A stretch of DNA of 29,023 nucleotides, taken from contig JAUVZE010000001.1 of assembly GCA_030602665.1 (NCBI GenBank), forward strand, positions 1 through 29,023, given 5' to 3'. The notes beneath the pieces are model-generated. The model had not been told where the DNA came from. It saw nothing but the letters and a program-made list of their open reading frames with translations, and ran no database searches. Numbering within the stretch: the first letter of the stretch is position 1; every line of letters starts with the position of its first letter. Shown here piece by piece: positions 26,565 through 29,023 of this stretch. The position numbers and the translations under genes were made by a program. This DNA is from Dehalococcoidia bacterium. Lineage in GTDB: Bacteria > Chloroflexota > Dehalococcoidia > Dehalococcoidales > JAUVZE01.

Positions 26565-27437
26565 TTAAAATCCGGCAGCATCCAAGACTGCTCCCACTCT
26601 GGACTCCCAACCCATAGCCATGATATGGATTCCCTGGCACATATCTTTCATTTCATTAATCAAGCGAGCGGCTATTTCAACGCTTTTTTGAACTTTGTCT
26701 TCAGCTTCCTCCATCTCGTCAAGAAGCTCGTCAGGGACATAGATGCCGGCAATGTTCCTGTTCATAAATCTTGCCATGGATGCCGACTTAAGTAACATTA
26801 TACCAACCAACACTGGCACGCTGAGCTTTTTAGCCTCCTGCATGAATGTTTCAAACTTCTTGGGTTCGTAAATAGCCCGAGTTTGAAAAAACTGGGCGCC
26901 AGCTTTAGCCTTTTTCTCCATTTTGATAAGCTCTGGTTCTACAGGCTCAGCCCCTGGCGTAACACAAGCCCCGAGGAAGAAGTGAGGAGCACCCCTCAGC
27001 TCCTTACCAGCCAAGTCTTTGCCTTGCTCCAATCCTCGGGCAGCTTGGAGTAAGGAAGCAGAATCATCAAGGTCAAAGACAGGCTTAGCCTGTTGTCGGT
27101 GGTCACCCGAATCAATATCGTCACCGGTGAGGCAAAGGATATTCTGAATGCCAAGAACATAAGCGTTAAGTAAGTCAGATTGTAAGGCGATTCGGTTACG
27201 GTCACGACAGGTCATGTGCAAGACCGGCTCTATGCCTTTTTGTTTAAGCAGACAGCAACCAGCTAATGAGCCCAATCTCATCACGGCGCTTTGCTGGTCG
27301 CTGACATTAACTGCATCAACCTTGCCCCGTAATAGTTCAACATTATTGAGAAATTCAGTGACATCCACGCCCTTAGCCGGGTCAATCTGAACAGTGACGG
27401 CGAACTTACCACTTTCAAGCACTTCACGTAGACTCAT
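26565..27437 (-). CDS. MetF-fold flavoprotein paralog with substituted folate-binding residues
   Basis: Aligns with the first MetF over its full length ('HMTCRDRNR', 'LTGD', 'GIHIM') but has 'TVQIDP' and 'FFQTRAIY'. Confidence 0.85.
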   Translation of the reverse strand: MSLREVLESGKFAVTVQIDPAKGVDVTEFLNNVELLRGKVDAVNVSDQQSAVMRLGSLAGCCLLKQKGIEPVLHMTCRDRNRIALQSDLLNAYVLGIQNILCLTGDDIDSGDHRQQAKPVFDLDDSASLLQAARGLEQGKDLAGKELRGAPHFFLGACVTPGAEPVEPELIKMEKKAKAGAQFFQTRAIYEPKKFETFMQEAKKLSVPVLVGIMLLKSASMARFMNRNIAGIYVPDELLDEMEEAEDKVQKSVEIAARLINEMKDMCQGIHIMAMGWESRVGAVLDAAGF

Positions 27438-27510
27438 TTTGTGACAAACCTCCTTCGGGTATACTTAGCCCCACCCATTTTATCATAATTAAAGCCAACA
27501 AACCTCGCAA

Positions 27511-27539
27511 ATTATAAATCCGCGGCCTTGGTTTTTCAA
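27511..27539 (-). promoter_or_regulatory. Sigma70-type promoter of the MetF paralog
   Basis: TTGAAA (27539-27534), 17 bp, TATAAT (27516-27511); AAGGAGG SD at 27455-27449. Confidence 0.7.
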
Positions 27540-27599
27540 GCAGCAATACTGATTCCCATTGTCTCTTTCTCAACCTCGCAGGTAGTCATAAGGAGTTTT

Positions 27600-27688
27600 T
27601 TAGGCTTTATCTTCCTCATCCAGTGCCTTTCTGGTAAACTCAACTACCTTTTCCCTGTCCAGACCTATGATGCTTCCTTTATCTCTTG
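27600..27688 (-). pseudogene. Frameshifted, truncated N-terminal cap of a methyltransferase corrinoid protein (MttC/MtgC-like)
   Basis: Reads QEIKEA in one frame, then IIGLDREKVVEFTRKALDEEDKA* in the next. This matches the cap-domain pattern 'EAII..D.EKV.ELT.KALDEG'. No start codon. Confidence 0.55.
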
Positions 27689-27726
27689 ACGAAAAGCTGG
27701 TGGTATTGCCAGCGATGTATTTTCGG

Positions 27727-29023
27727 CTATAGGGGCGGTTTGTCCATGCCGTATTTTCCTGCAGCCTTTGTCATGATTCTTATAAGCTCTCTATCAATGT
27801 CTTCGTCAAGGGGTTCCGGCTGGTGTGTAGCCAAGATTCTTTTGACCTCCTCCTTTGCTCGCTGCTCTGCCGTGGTAGCCCCCTTTTCCATCCACACCTG
27901 ATCCTTTTCCCGACTGATTACCGGCCCGGGGTAGAAAAACTCCTCTCTAAACCATTTCATAGTAGTCGGGGAGAGCAGGAAATGGTCTCCTTCATATAAT
28001 CTCTCGGTAAACAGGTCTTCCGCCAGGCGTTCCCCCCTTGGAGTAATCCCCCGCACCAGGCGGCGGGCCATCCCGCAAATCTCATTATCAATCACCAACT
28101 TTTCCAGGCTTTGAGCAGTCTCAAAATTCAGCATCCCTGCGCCCGATATTATGTTGGCCTGGCTGAGACTAGCCAAGATAATACCCATTCCCATCTCCAG
28201 TCCCGCTTGCGAATCAGGGCACTTGGCATCACAGCCCATAGTGACCCCGGTTGGCATTCCAAGGTATTTCCCCACCTCGTTGCAGGCTATATTCATCATC
28301 GCCGTCTCAAGGGCTCCCAGAGGTGTGGTGCCCCAGTGCATATCAAAGATTACTGGGCTGGCTCCCCAGATGATGGACGAGCCCCGGCTGGTAAGCTGGC
28401 TTATCACCACCCCAGTTAGGTTCTCGGCAGCGTGCTGAACAACACATCCTCCCATTGTGACCGGAGCTGTAGCCCCAGCTAAAGGCATGGGTATTAGTAT
28501 TGACGGAATCCAGTTCTCAGCACCTCGTATCAGGGCATGGCAGCAAAGTTCAGTCCACTTCAGGGGGGATGAGGGGCAAACTGAAAGGATGAGCAAGGGT
28601 TTCTCTTGGAGAGCCCTCTCACTACCCCGAATGGCCACCAAGAAATCCTTAAATACTTCAAAGCTCTCTTTGACATAAAGCGAGGCCCCGACCGACTTAG
28701 TCGAATACCTCAGGGATAAACAGACCTTGTGGCAATCCCAGACCTCTTTTGGGAGCTCAGTGCCAAAGAAGGGGAGCTGCCCATCTATATTGTCAAGGGC
28801 ATCAACCAGCTTGATATGGTTGATGGCGTCCTCGGTGAGAGACTCCCTGAACTGGTTCAGCTCTGAGTCCCATATTGTAGGAGTCGGCATGCCGTTAAAA
28901 TAGAAGTTGTTCCCCTCCGAATTCATGTCAAGGCTGCCGTTTCGGTCATAGAGCTTGATTGATGATGGAACCGACTTTAGCGATTCCTCAACCAGTCTCT
29001 TGGGAATAAAAGCTCTCTTTTTC
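27727..29023 (-). CDS. mttB: Trimethylamine methyltransferase (MttB) superfamily, non-pyrrolysine; 5' end outside the window
   Basis: 'SSPLKW', 'MPLAGATAPVTMGG', 'TTPLGALET', 'DAKCPDSQAGLEM', 'GAGML...SLEKLVIDNEI', 'GDHFL'. The frame stays open to the window edge (KKRAFIPKRLVEESLKSVP...). Confidence 0.92.
   Translation of the reverse strand, partial: KKRAFIPKRLVEESLKSVPSSIKLYDRNGSLDMNSEGNNFYFNGMPTPTIWDSELNQFRESLTEDAINHIKLVDALDNIDGQLPFFGTELPKEVWDCHKVCLSLRYSTKSVGASLYVKESFEVFKDFLVAIRGSERALQEKPLLILSVCPSSPLKWTELCCHALIRGAENWIPSILIPMPLAGATAPVTMGGCVVQHAAENLTGVVISQLTSRGSSIIWGASPVIFDMHWGTTPLGALETAMMNIACNEVGKYLGMPTGVTMGCDAKCPDSQAGLEMGMGIILASLSQANIISGAGMLNFETAQSLEKLVIDNEICGMARRLVRGITPRGERLAEDLFTERLYEGDHFLLSPTTMKWFREEFFYPGPVISREKDQVWMEKGATTAEQRAKEEVKRILATHQPEPLDEDIDRELIRIMTKAAGKYGMDKPPL

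Noticed and set aside
27680-27729. Pyrrolysine read-through of the mttB TAG stop
   Set aside because: The TAG falls at the normal C-terminus, read-through adds only a short tail before TAA, and the Pyl-equivalent site is Met.
4-28678. Numerous overlapping short or antisense ORFs in the track (e.g. 4-387, 738-1262, 758-1393, 23636-24223, 24566-25012)
   Set aside because: They are shadows of well-supported genes, with no motifs or SD sites of their own.
1-29023. tRNA, rRNA, CRISPR array, transposase or integrase
   Set aside because: None recognized by eye; no regularly spaced repeats or long terminal inverted repeats were seen.

Overview
Metabolic gene window of a strictly anaerobic prokaryote. 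The sigma70 promoters, SD sites and gene repertoire suggest a bacterium; Dehalococcoidia-like is an unverified impression. From left to right: (1) the start of a ProVW/OpuA-type betaine/proline ABC importer, running off the left edge; (2) a DtxR-family repressor divergent from an ftr1-feoA-feoB iron-uptake operon, with two candidate DtxR boxes; (3) an IclR-led operon of an ADP-forming acid:CoA ligase (beta and alpha subunits with ATP-citrate-lyase-like motifs but no citrate-binding residues), an intercalated 7-Cys ferredoxin, a CitE-type acyl-CoA lyase and a QueG/RdhA-superfamily Fe-S protein; (4) a cNMP-like sensor hybrid kinase with an Asp in its N-box, plus a single-domain receiver; (5) a 12.9-kb operon hdrA1-hdrA2-mvhD-metV-metF-hdrC-hdrL-mvhD-mvhG-mvhA with no hdrB; (6) convergently, a non-pyrrolysine MttB-family methyltransferase (partial), a frameshifted corrinoid-protein relic and a second MetF with two folate-binding residues replaced. 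The strongest novelty candidates are the HdrB-less MetVF-Hdr-[NiFe]-hydrogenase complex, the ACL-like ligase/CitE/ferredoxin/QueG-like operon, and the MetF paralog carrying Gln and Arg at the E. coli E28 and Q183 positions. All family calls and residue equivalences come from motif recognition by eye; no searches were run. No RNA genes, CRISPR arrays or mobile elements were seen.
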